A DNA stretch of 61,053 nt, filler included, from Squatina squatina (lineage: Eukaryota), in assembly GCA_031763465.1 (NCBI GenBank). It is 3 parts of 3 records of this genome, joined end to end, with 100 filler letters (N's around TTAATTAATTAA, not from the genome) between each part and the next. Parts side by side here need not be neighbours in the genome. Positions count along the whole stretch, not along the records: positions 19,511 to 43,887 come from JARFOE010000047.1; 2 more parts are not named here. One strand, given 5' to 3'. The stretch's first letter is position 1. Every line of letters starts with the position of its first letter. A program made the translations under genes and the position numbers. The notes below the pieces were generated by a model. The model ran no database searches. It was not told the DNA's origin and saw only the letters and a list, made by a program, of their open reading frames with translations. This document shows, in pieces, positions 24,216-35,724 of the stretch.

Positions 24216-26724
24216 GATAGGACATGACTCATGAAATGACAAAAGGAATGACAAGTAAAACTTAGCTTTAGTTTCTGTTCAAAAAAATACCTGTGTAGTC
24301 CATTGTGTGAATGTGCTAAACATCCTTACTCAAAAAAGTGACTCAACCAGAGACAATGCACCTTTTGCTTGAAGTTGCAATACTATCAATGGGATGGTCT
24401 CACCTTCATAAAATGTAATTAATAGGTGAATCTAATTATGCAGCCTCGAAGGGTGTGATAGCCAGCCAGCAGCACACAACCACACTTACAATCGAAATGC
24501 TTAAGTCAGTGGTTCACATTTTCCACCCAAGCCTTCCAGAGTCTGAAACTCGTTGCCAATTGAGGTCATAGGCGCCTTATGTCCAAATATTTTGGGGAAG
24601 CTTAAAGGAAAAGGGAATCAAGAACCACCTCAGGAGAGCAGAGTAAATATTATTCAATGAGATGGCTTCCTGTTGCTCATAAAAATAAAAGGGTTTAGGA
24701 ATGTAGTGCTGTACAAGCTAATCGAGTTTCTGCTGCTGGTCTGTAATACCCCACACACGATTAAATGTCCTTGTTATTTACCAAGGCACACAAAGATAAC
24801 GAATTTCACTGGAATGCTCAGCATTCACGCTCTGGTACATGTTACCAACCCAGCTTGTGCAAAGGTTAATCACAGTCTCTGAACTCCTAGAATACTCAAC
24901 TGTGCAATCTACAAATGCAGTATTTGCTCGAATTGAAGCCAAATTGTACCTTTTTGTCAAAATTTGCTCTCGGCTTTTACATAGATAATGACCTCAATCT
25001 AATATTGTCTGCCATTATTAATTGCCATTTGTGCTGCTCACTACNNNNNNNNNNNNNNNNNNNNNNNNNNNNNNNNNNNNNNNNNNNNNNNNNNNNNNNN
25101 NNNNNNNNNNNNNNNNNNNNNNNNNNNNNNNNNNNNNNNNNNNNCCTTGCGATTGTCTAACTTTCTATTGGTCTTTCAATGTAAGTTCACATGTATAGAA
25201 AAGATGGATTGATTATTCAATGGTTGTATTGTATTCTATTGTATTGGCCCATTTTGCACATTACTCATTCAGAATAAGGAAAAGGCAGCTACTCATATAC
25301 ACTACTCTCCAGACAAGCACATCCCATAATCTTGAATGCCAGAAGCTTTTTAACCATATAGTGAGCTCAATTCTCCTCTGTAATCCTGCCCGAAATTGGG
25401 TGGGAAAGCAGCTCAGAGTGAAGGAAAATTCAGGCAGTGAGGCCTACCATTGCATCACTGCCCAACCTGGATTTCCCTCCCCACCAGGATTGTTGTTGGT
25501 CGCACTTTCCCCGCACTCACTGTGTGGTTGGATCCCCACTGGATTTTCCTGGCATCTGCCCCACTTACTGCCGCTACCCAGGGCTGCCACGTGAAGGTGG
25601 TGATAGGCCCCAGACTGGATCAGTAGTGGCTCTGAAGTCCCCCAATGGAGGGAGAGGTGCTTGTAGTGGCCTCCTGTCCCTCCTTATAGGCTCCCACTTC
25701 AGTTCATTTATACACCTTGGCCTCTCCCAAGGCTTACAAGGTAGTTGCTGTGCCCCTTTAATTGCCCAGCCATTTTTCTGGTACTACAGTGATGGCTCTA
25801 CTGCAGAGCTACTATGATTTTGTGGCGAGGCATTAGTGGACTCTTCCTTGGTAGCATGAATCCTGGCGGGAGCCCGCTGTGCATCCCGAAATAACCTGCA
25901 ACTCAAGAAAATGGGTCAGGTTTGGGATGGTTTCAGAGGGCTGGGCAGAAATGCCGCTCTGCTGGAACTCCACCCCGGAGAGGAGCATTCAGCCCAGTAT
26001 CTTGAATACAAATGCAACAATGTCAATTCCTTTTGTTTGACCCAGCTGCTAATTGTCGCCCACAAAAGCTGGTATTGGCGACTCCGTTTCAAGTTGAGGT
26101 TTGAGTAATCAAGTTCCATTTAGCAAGTTAGTCAATCCCACCAGTTCATTAGCGCTGCTCTGTTAAAGTGCTTGGCATAAGACTGCATTGTCCGGGAACT
26201 TAGATCAACACATTAGGAAAGGAGTGGAAATTACAAGATGTGCCATGAAAGCAGGCAGATCTTCCCAGTGAAATCTTTCAAACAACCTCTGGTGAACTAA
26301 AATTCTTTACTCGACGAATGTGGTGCGATCCTTGTAAAGAATACTCAGATCTTCAGTTTCCTGGTTTGATGCACTCCTACAACTGATAAAACAAATCTAA
26401 TTTTTTTTTTGCAGCCGGTCAANNNNNNNNNNNNNNNNNNNNNNNNNNNNNNNNNNNNNNNNNNNNNNNNNNNNNNNNNNNNNNNNNNNNNNNNNNNNNN
26501 NNNNNNNNNNNNNNNNNNNNNNGTTCAGCCTCAGACATTGGCCAGGGAGAGGGATGGAGTTGGTGACTAGGGAACAAAATTTGTGGCGGGGACCGAAGAC
26601 AGCGGCTAAATTGGAAGAAATTTCTGTACATCCAATACTGGATGTTGGACAAGCAGCTTGATAAATCAGAGGCAGTGGAGAGGTGGTAGTGAGGTAGAGC
26701 TGGATGGCGTCAGTGTACGTTAAT

Positions 26725-26920
26725 GATCTTTAGGGTAGGACACCTGCTTTACCCAGTCTGGCCTATATTTGACTCCAGTCCCAGATGAACGCGACTGACT
26801 CTTAACTGCTCTCTGAAATGACTAGCTCTAACAAACAGAAGGCGGCTCACCACCACCTTCTCGGGTTAACTAAGGATGGGCAATAAGTTCCGGACTTGCC
26901 AGAGACGCCCAGAGAATTAA
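26725..26920 (+). mobile_element. Short SINE-like derivative: body plus LINE 3' tail
   Basis: Body matches the reverse complement of 11330-11440, then joins gctcaccaccaccttctc..ggatgggcaataa..gccagagacgccc; the same tail occurs at 21460-21545 (+) and ~55220-55340 (-). Confidence 0.7.
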
Positions 26921-27094
26921 TTTTTTAAAATTAGAGGCATGAGTAATGTTGGTTTCCAGTATCATGAGAATATTGACAGATGTTGAATAATAAATCAATT
27001 AAGCTATATTAAATCCATTAATAAACTTAGTAAAGATAAGATCCATATATAAATGGGAATGAATCCAGAATGAACAAATGCTCTTTAACAACTG

Positions 27095-27100
27095 TTTATT
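27095..27100 (-). other. Candidate RGS3 polyadenylation signal
   Basis: AATAAA on minus strand at the end of an AT-rich, repeat-free tract about 1.2 kb past the stop. Confidence 0.35.
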
Positions 27101-28273
27101 TACCATTTACCAGGACATAAAATGGTATTTTTCTTGCTTTAAGGAGAAACTGCAATGTAAACAACTGAAATTGACAAAATACATCTTCCTCAAACTCCTT
27201 TAAAAGCAATCGTAACCAAAGGAAACCATTCCTGCTATGTCTCCCTTGCAACATTTGTAGCATTGAGACTATTCATATTTACACATTTATTAATCTACTG
27301 TCTCATTAGGATTATTAAATTCAAAATTTGAAAGGAACCATATATACAGCGGGAATATCCCCAGCTGCCTGCTGCTGGGGTATATACAGTTAAAATTAAA
27401 CATTAACTGTAAATCAACCTTCAGATTTCAACATAATTTGTACAGACTTCAGAAAATATTACAAATGACACTTAATTAATGAAAGAGGAAATACCTCTGA
27501 AATATTGCACTTCANNNNNNNNNNNNNNNNNNNNNNNNNNNNNNNNNNNNNNNNNNNNNNNNNCATCTGATTATAGTAATAAATAGCTCAAACTTCCCCA
27601 GCACAAAACAAAGCTGTTTAATAGATTTCTGTTGCATGAGCACTTAGTACTACCTAAGAATATAGATTCATAAAAAGGAGGTGGAAAGTGCCATGATATC
27701 ATCAGCAGAATGCCTCTTCAAAGTAATTTCTTCTAACATACTTGTCACAGTCTTAATTTTCACAAAATGTGGAGAGGCAGAATTGTGCAAGCTCAGTCTT
27801 TGGAGATGGACAGAAACTCATGAAAGCACAGCTTTTACTGGTGATTTGGTCCGTTATAATTGTCTTTTATTATAATTATTATTACACCCCACAAAAAGGG
27901 GCTCTTGCTGTTGCTGTGGAAGGATACATTGCCCCAGAAAATNNNNNNNNNNGTCTTTATGCTGTTGTTACACAACAAATACATAAAAAGGTGCCCTAAA
28001 GTCAACATCATACTCGTAGCAGACAAGAGCTGAGGACTCTTAAGCAGGATTCTGCAATAAAACAGTACCTGACTGTTTTTTTTAAAAAAACTATCCAAGT
28101 CCACTAATCTCACAAGCACCTAACTTCTGATGCAATCAGATTTCTGATTCAGTCCACTGAAGTGGATTTTGAAGTCTCTGAGATAAACAGCAATGATGAT
28201 CCTCTCTCTCCAACGATGTAAACACAGCATTTAATTTGTCCCAAGTCCCTGTCAGGAATATAGATATGTGTAT

Positions 28274-28459
28274 CTATGACGATGCACTCTGTTTCTTCTG
28301 ATTTATCAAATCCAAGTACAGATCTGATCTCAGGAATCGTGGGTAAGAGTCCTTTTCCATCAAACCATATATCCTTTTCTGAGCAAGATCAAAGCAGGAC
28401 CTTGACACTTTCTGAAGATTTTCCTTGGTGTGCTCTCTTGTATAGGAGTCCAAATTAAC
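28274..28459 (-). CDS. RGS3: RGS3 last coding exon (RGS domain C-terminal half and stop)
   Basis: ctttag acceptor; reads [61 protein letters not shown], close to the vertebrate RGS3 C-terminus; TAG at 28276-28274. Confidence 0.96.
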   Translation of the reverse strand, partial: VNLDSYTREHTKENLQKVSRSCFDLAQKRIYGLMEKDSYPRFLRSDLYLDLINQKKQSASS

Positions 28460-28584
28460 CTAAAGAACAGAAAGTAGCATATTTTATATTCAACTTTCAA
28501 AATATTTCAGTAAAACATATGGATATGCAGGATTGTTATTATTTGAAGCCACTTTGATTAAAAATTCCTAAGAGACTTGCTTAC

Positions 28585-28751
28585 CTCTTTACAGGATTGA
28601 ATGGCAATATATTCCCCAAATATTTTCTTGGCCTTTGAAGTCATTTTGGACTGTGATTTGGCTTTTTTGTATTCCTCACATGCCAGCCAGAACTCAAGGT
28701 TCTCTTCACTGAATTCGGTGCGTAAAAAAGCTCTAAAAGCTGCTAAACCAT
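28585..28751 (-). CDS. RGS3: RGS3 exon (RGS domain core)
   Basis: ttgcag/gtaagc sites; (Y)[55 protein letters not shown]; phases fit flanking exons. Confidence 0.96.
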
Positions 28752-29448
28752 CTGCAAAACAAGTAGGAGATATATGAATGACGATGCATCAGTCTAAACA
28801 CAAGAATAAGTAACAATAAATTACGCACGATCTTTTCATTAATATAGTGGAGAAAATTAGGCTTCAACCTTTCCATATTGTCCAATCAAATCATCCGTTT
28901 AATATTGCATTATTGGTATTTTTATTGCATGATCACACATACATGTGACAAAGATGATAAGGTGCATGCATCAATACATACTGTTGGACTCGTTTCAAGC
29001 AGAACTATTCTACATAAAATTTATTCTATATTGTTTACTACGCCTAGTGCAAAGGAAACCTTCCCCATAACATTGTCTAGAAACTGAAGTAAGCAAATTA
29101 AGTGGCTTTTTAAAGATATACAAGATGTCTATATAAACTACCCACAAGTAAATTACAGAAAACAGGACCAGGGGATCTATATTCAACAAAAATACAAACG
29201 TAACGAGTTTATCCTTTTCAGTTTATTCAAAAGACTGCCACAAATGAACAAATCATCAAACTTTAATTTAGAATATTAAACATTAAAAAGTTAATTAATA
29301 ATAAACTCAATATGAGCTACTTCACAGCTAATTAAATATTTTTGAAATGACAACGAAAAAAAGTACGTAAAGGATTAACAATTAATGCAGCATCAATCCA
29401 ACATCTTCTGTGAAATGCAGAATTGCTAAAACATAAGTATGTCCTTAC

Positions 29449-29510
29449 ATTTGTGGATAAGAAGTTTGTCCAAAGACTCTCCCCACTTTAGAGCTTCTTC
29501 TGATGAGGGT
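29449..29510 (-). CDS. RGS3: RGS3 exon (start of RGS domain)
   Basis: ctgtag/gtaagg; 62 nt; (K)PSSEEALKWGESLDKLLIHK(Y). Confidence 0.95.
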
Positions 29511-31225
29511 CTACAGGCAAAGGTAGAGCAATTTGTTAATAGACACATTTCCGCAGCTTTTTAAATTATTTTGTATTTGACAATTCAACTGACAGGCAAT
29601 CTCCATCATCTGGTTGGTTAGTCCTCAATAGTTGACTGCCCATCTCTAGGCAATTCATCAACACCAACCCTGAAATCACTATGACGTGTCAGGAAAACTT
29701 GCATTTCAGGTTGGTCAGTAATCACGTCAGCTTTAAATCAACTCAGTTGCCAAAGTTGCTCTAGATTTTGTTCCACTAATTCATCTCCAATGTGATTTAC
29801 TGTAACAGAAACCGTAGTTCACACAAATATGTGCTTATTTTTTCTTCCATCTTCTAAATCTGTGGCTATGTTGTAGGATTTTGTGCATCACAGGGCATGA
29901 CTACAACAACGTCTTGTTGGCATCTATTAGACAACGAATAGATAAATAAATCTCTTGTGGAGGTTTGCAGGCAAATGCAGATTTTCCTAGGCATGTTTCC
30001 AGCACCCCTAACAAGATGCTGTCACATGCAGAACCACATTTTCCTAGGTGGGCCACAGAGCTGGCTTTGTGTACTTTGTGTACAGCAGTCTGTGCATATT
30101 CAGCTTTCAAACAGCATAGCCAATATACTTCTTCAACAAAATGACCTCAAGACAGACTCAGTAGTAACAAGGCCCAACATTAGCTGTTTAACTCAATTAA
30201 CTTATCAGTCTCTCTTCACTCATAAAATTAGGCTGAATGATCACTGGGTAATAATTCTAATTGTTATCCTTCACATTTATCTTTGAAAGAGTGCTTCAGC
30301 TTTGCAATGCACAGCTATTGCATTTCCCCATTATTGACCAACAGCTGATAGGAAATGTTCTTCCCCTTTGACTTTGTTACTTGGCCTTCGAAACAACACA
30401 TAAAACAGAAGTGCAAAATGACTACATTTTACCAGCCACAAGTGTTTGAAAAAAACAAACTTGCATAAAAGTCTTTTTATAAACAACATAAAGCCACACA
30501 AGTGCTGGCACAATTTAGTCAGTTTAAAGTGTAAATGTACAGGACCCATCCCTTAGCTGGTCATGGGGATGAAATTCAGCAGCCATGTGTTGCCGACGCA
30601 AATGCGCAACTTGTCGTCGCATGTGTGCCAGCGCCGGCTGCCCCAGAGAATCAGGGGATTCAGTTTTTTTGTCGCAGAATCCTGGGGCAGCGCAGACTGA
30701 GGTGCTCCTCTCCGCTGTGGGAGGCCAAAGAGCCTGCTCTGGGGTGCAGAGCTCAGCAGCGCCACCAGTGGGCAGCAGTGGCGCTGCCGCTTTGCCAGTG
30801 CGCTTCCTTCTGTTAAAGGGAAGCGCTCATGCTGTGAGCTCTGCATTTGAGAAATAAAAACTTTGGATCACTGAGGAGCAGGCAAGCTGCGCGATCACAG
30901 CAATCAGGCCACCACCGGTGATGGAGAAATCACAACATTTTTTTTTTGAATCTCGTCCTGCGGCCGGCCATCCGATATACTTGCGTCCCCAGCAGCAGTC
31001 GCTGCTGCCGCCCGGCATTACCACTGGCGACGTGACTGAATTCTCTGCCAGGTTGCTCAGGGGACGGTGCGCATGGTGATGATGGTGATCATCATCACTG
31101 TGCGCCACCAGGNNNNNNNNNNNNNNNNNNNNNNNNNNNNNNNNNNNNNNNNNNNNNNNNNNNNNNNNNNNNNNNNNNNNNNNNNNNNNNNNNNNNNNNN
31201 NNNNNNNNNNNNGCTTAAGACCTAC

Positions 31226-31327
31226 TTCACAGTTTTGATGACTTTATCGAGTTTTGCAGCATTGCTGCCTGGACCGGATTCATTCCGCCGCCGTAGAAAC
31301 CCCAAGCGATTTTTCATATCTTTGGCC
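31226..31327 (-). CDS. RGS3: RGS3 common exon (amphipathic-helix region)
   Basis: ttcatag/gtaggt; 102 nt, phase 2-2; AKDMKNRLGFLRRRNESGPGSNAAKLDKVIKTVK. Confidence 0.95.
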
Positions 31328-31634
31328 CTATGAAAAAAGTAAAACAAAAACACTGGTAAATATTGAGCAGCTGATGAAGAAATGCTTATTGCAGAATTAC
31401 ATGTTCTTGACTGAATACGCAGAGAAACAGGCATGGCTTGCAGCTGAAACAAAACATTCTCACATTGCTAATAATAAAAAAGTTTAAACATTTCATTCCC
31501 CACACTTCAAGTCTTATCCGCTAATCTGCTGGCACTTTTACGCCATGACAACACTGAAACATTTTGTTTAACACATACAAAACTTGTTCCTTTTTTATAT
31601 CTTCAAAAATTAGGTAAGCTCATACTCAACTTAC

Positions 31635-31756
31635 TCCTTCATGGTATGTCGGCGATGTAAGCCCCCAGCAGGACTTGTATGGTGAAGCAAACTCAAAAGC
31701 ATTTCTGAATGAAACTCCTGTGGTTGTGGCTTTGACAAATCTCTGAAAAATGGCAT
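31635..31756 (-). CDS. RGS3: RGS3 alternative first coding exon (short isoform)
   Basis: ATG at 31756; MPFFRDLSKPQPQEFHSEMLLSLLHHTSPAGGLHRRHTMK(E); gtaagt donor in phase 2 joins AKDMK; the RRHTMKE-AKDMK junction matches short vertebrate RGS3 isoforms. Confidence 0.85.
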
Positions 31757-32059
31757 CTTTCAGAATTGACTTGTTCAGACTAATTTTGAAGATACTTCCC
31801 TTCCCTTTATTGAATACGCATTTGACTCACGATGGCTTCACAAAAATGTAGCAATTAAATAATATTCAGTCTCCTGAATGTGAGAAGAAGTTGTTCTATT
31901 TTGTCCCTATAGTCTCAGGGTCTTAAGACATCCTTGTAACACATGAAAATCTTCTAACTTTAAAAATCCCCTGGCCTGCAGAGGAGCTAACATCTGGCCT
32001 GTGCGGTGAGCAGCATGAATTCCAGTTCTATGCTGAAGTTGCCGTCTGGCCCATGGTAT

Positions 32060-32265
32060 TTGCATTCAGGAAGTGGGAGTGACTGCCTTGTATGCCCACG
32101 TTTTTGAAAGGAGAGTAGGCTTGACTCAGAGTTGTGTCTGCTCCTAGCAGTGACTGCCTGCCTACTTCTGGTGAATAAAGCACATTAACAACTGAAATGC
32201 TAATACAGGAAACAAACTGCAGCTATATATGCCTACTCCTTTAACTGGTTGCTATAGCAACAAAA
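32060..32265 (-). promoter_or_regulatory. Candidate internal promoter for short RGS3 isoform
   Basis: Perfect RFX X-box palindrome GTTGCTATAGCAAC 32248-32261, TATA-like at ~32224-32230, AP-1 TGACTCA 32122-32128, ETS CAGGAAGT ~32067; about 0.5 kb 5' of the ATG at 31756. Confidence 0.5.
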
Positions 32266-34102
32266 CAAATAGCTCTTTTTGGTGGGAGGGAAAGAGCTTG
32301 TAATTGCAAGAATGTTGGGACTGCTCAAGTGAAAACACAAATCAACATCAGAATTACACTGACTACAAATTCTGTTGACAATTTAGAAAATTTCAAAATA
32401 CTTTAACACAAATACAGAAACATACATATGAGAGCTCCTTGCTTCTTCTGTGTCCTGACAGAATAAATGGGTGAAAGAAAAGATTTTTGCAGAAAGGTTT
32501 TAAAGGGCAATAATACTAAGCAGAAGTGCGTCACCTTCAGAAAACTTCCTTAAATTTAGATTATATATTTTTTTAAATTTGCTGAAATGATGGACGATTC
32601 AAAAAGCTTATAAGCAAACATTTTGCTAGTGATGTGGATTTATCAGCCTGGGGCATAATTATTATTCACAAATTAATTTATATTGGAAACCAATACCGAA
32701 CCATGTGCCCATTTACTATATTGTTGATGGAAAGGTTCAATGTCCCTTGAGTGGGTGATACAGCATCACCACCTACCACCTGACTGATCACAGTCCACAC
32801 TACATTCTGCTGCTGATATGCTGTGGTTGATGCTGAGTGTGGCATACAAATGGAAGTGGTTGGTGCTTTAACTTATAGTGCAATGGAAAACTGTTCTAAA
32901 ACTTAACAAGATACCCAGCATATTTTTCTTGACTTACTGTTTCTCCACTCCTTACTGATATTTAAATTCTTAATTTGAAAGGAGTTTATGAACAGTATTT
33001 TTTTCCCAGCACTTTATTTATATTCAGTCTACTGTCATGTCCATAGCATCTGACCTTGCAGTCAGTTACTTTAACTTTAATACAGGAATGCATCTACGAT
33101 GTATATTCTGCGAGTTCTCATCCCAAGTTATCTAGCTTTTAATTAAGTTTGTAGTTCCTATGTTTCTATAAATTACAAAACATTTCATTTTCATAATTCA
33201 GCGGTTGTATGATCCTTACAAAAAATCCAATCAACCCACCTTCCATCACATAAAAACTTAACTGCTAAGACTTCACAAATCTATCACCCATGCTTTGTAA
33301 AAACAGACAATTTGCCTTATGTTCCTAGAAAAGGGTCACTGGCATCATTTTNNNNNNNNNNNNNNNNNNNNNNNNNNNNNNNNNNNNNNNNNNNNNNNNN
33401 NNNNNNNNNNNNNNNNNNNNNNNNNNNNNNNNNNNNNNNNNNNNNNNNNNNGCATTTAAACATAACAAATAAAAATATATAGTGTATAATTGTAGACGAC
33501 TGCAAATCCAGCAGATAGGAAGCAATAGCAATAGGTAGCAAAAATGTAATAAGCAATCCCTAATAAGGCAAACTTGATATAACAGTATAACTAATAAAAA
33601 TGACTGGCACAATGCATTCTATCACATGCTTTTCAAAGTTCTACTAGGACACAATCCTTTAACAACTGCTCAGCTGTAATTTAATATATGTATAAACAAA
33701 ATGAACTCCTTGCCGTTCAAATTAAACACTAAAGGAAAGCATATTTAAAGAAATATCTATTCCATGACCACTGTACTGAAGCCCAAACTGTTAAAACCAA
33801 ACCTTTGCTGCAGAATTCAGTAGAATTCAATTGTATTTCTAACTGCAAGGATTAACTGGCCATAAAGTTCCTAAGTAATGTTATAGCTAAAAGCTTTCCA
33901 ATAGACATTTAATCTTAGCATTTTTGTGACAATAGTAAATATTTAAGGACTACACTATTACAAATTGTATCCCTCCCTTTGCATTTTAACATTACAAATC
34001 CATAAAAGACAACAAATGTTAGAAATTCATTAAAAAATAAACAACCGCCCATATTCAATTTTTACGATAGAAAATAGTTTCCTTAGGATCTGACTCTCCT
34101 AC

Positions 34103-34134
34103 CTTTCCAGATATTTTTCTGAAAAGTCAACCAT
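34103..34134 (-). CDS. RGS3: RGS3 second alternative first exon (MVDFSEKYLER)
   Basis: ATG GTT GAC TTT TCA GAA AAA TAT CTG GAA AG|gtagga, phase 2, in frame with the AKDMK exon; 5' side runs into a 40-N gap. Confidence 0.7.
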
Positions 34135-35653
34135 TGTGTGTNNNNNNNNNNNNNNNNNNNNNNNNNNNNNNNNNNNNNNNNGTGTTTTGAGTCGGATCGT
34201 TATATTGATAGCTCTCCCAGGAAGGCAGATTAAGTAGTAAGTGTGGGTTGGATAAAGGCCAACTCATGAACCAATCAGACTACAGTATCTGATAAAAGGC
34301 TGCACGGGGCAAAATTGTAACTAATTCCACCAATAGCATAAGGCAACCATTCCCACTGTACATTAGCTGCATTTATTAGGGCATTTTTTTACTCCTTAAT
34401 TGCTTTTTTTTAAATTTACGCAGAACATGAGGAAAGTTAAACAATAGTATTTCCTGAGCTCACGACAAATGCTTGTTCATTGCTGGTTGTTGTGCTCTTG
34501 GTTCCACCTTCTGGTACACATTGGTACTTCATGACATGTTGAAAACTTTTTTAAGATATAAAGGAACTTGACTTAACACTGCAGAATCTGCAAAATTATT
34601 ATGGTGTTTCTTAAACTCTTTTTGAATAAGTATTTCAACCTCTGCTGCTCAGGACAGTAAGATAATTATTCTATGTTTTTATTCTCTCAGTTTGAGACAC
34701 ATTGCTTTGTACCAAGTATTTTGTAACAAAATTGAATGCAAAAAAAGAGAAAACTGAAATATTGCATGATGGAATATTATTAGTTTTAAACCTGGCTAGT
34801 AAGTGCATTATATTTCACTATTTTACATTTTTTAAAAACAGGTCCATATCTGAAAAGGGAAACATCCAAATCCAAAATTATGCTAAGTCAAATTTGTGTA
34901 TGTTTCCACTTCTATTGCTGCCATATGTCTTACAATGCAATTTTTTAAAAGCTGTATAATTGGAATTTTTATCTTTCAATTTTTTTTTAATTTTCTACAC
35001 TTGATTGTTTCAAACTATTATCCATGTCTGTCTGGGCCCCTTCCCCTCATTATTACTGAATGGAAACAGCTGAATGCTTTAACTCCTGCCCCATCTGCAT
35101 TGTTTTAATATGGCAGGGCCGCAAGATCATGTTTCATCCTTCCTGCCCCCAATCTGAACCTTCCGTCCATCAGAGTTTGTAATGAAACTAAAGATCACTT
35201 CCAAAAATGTATTTACTTTGGGCATTGATGCAGTATTTGTCGATTACTCAGTGCACGTGTTTGCTGTTCTTAAAACAATCAAAATATATCGGAGGAACCA
35301 AAACATAAGCGCAAGTGAAAAAAATTATTTCTTCTATGGACATTTAATGGACCAATTTTCTGGCATTTTCTAAACCTGACTGAAACAGTAAGGAGAAAGT
35401 ATGTTCCTTCAACTTTACAGTTTGTATTGTGCATTCTATTTGGAGCAGAAAGAACACAGAGAACTATACTAATTAATTAAAATCAACAATTATTATTCCC
35501 CATCTTAACAGGGGATTAATGTTGTAAAATTGAAACAAGAGAACACAAGTAAAATTTTGCTCCCAAACTAACAAAAAAGGACCAATATCTTCAGAAGAAT
35601 TTATTACAGCGAACAATATAAAATACTGTCACAAATGAAAGGCTCAAACTTAC

Positions 35654-35724
35654 AAATTCTTGGTCTTTTTCTTCTTGGAGCCATCAGTTTCATCAAAGCC
35701 ACAGTCCGAATCTGCTCCAGAGAG
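35654..35724 (-). CDS. RGS3: RGS3 exon
   Basis: caccag/gtaagt; 71 nt, phase 0-2; LSGADSDCGFDETDGSKKKKTKN(L), similar to human MSGADTVGDDDEASRKRKSKNL. Confidence 0.9.

Noticed and set aside
30535-31112. GC-rich overlapping ORFs including a poly-His stretch (MAHSDDDHHHHH)
   Set aside because: No recognisable protein or splice context; begins with a ggggatgaaatt TIR-like end typical of non-autonomous DNA transposon remnants, so probably a repeat
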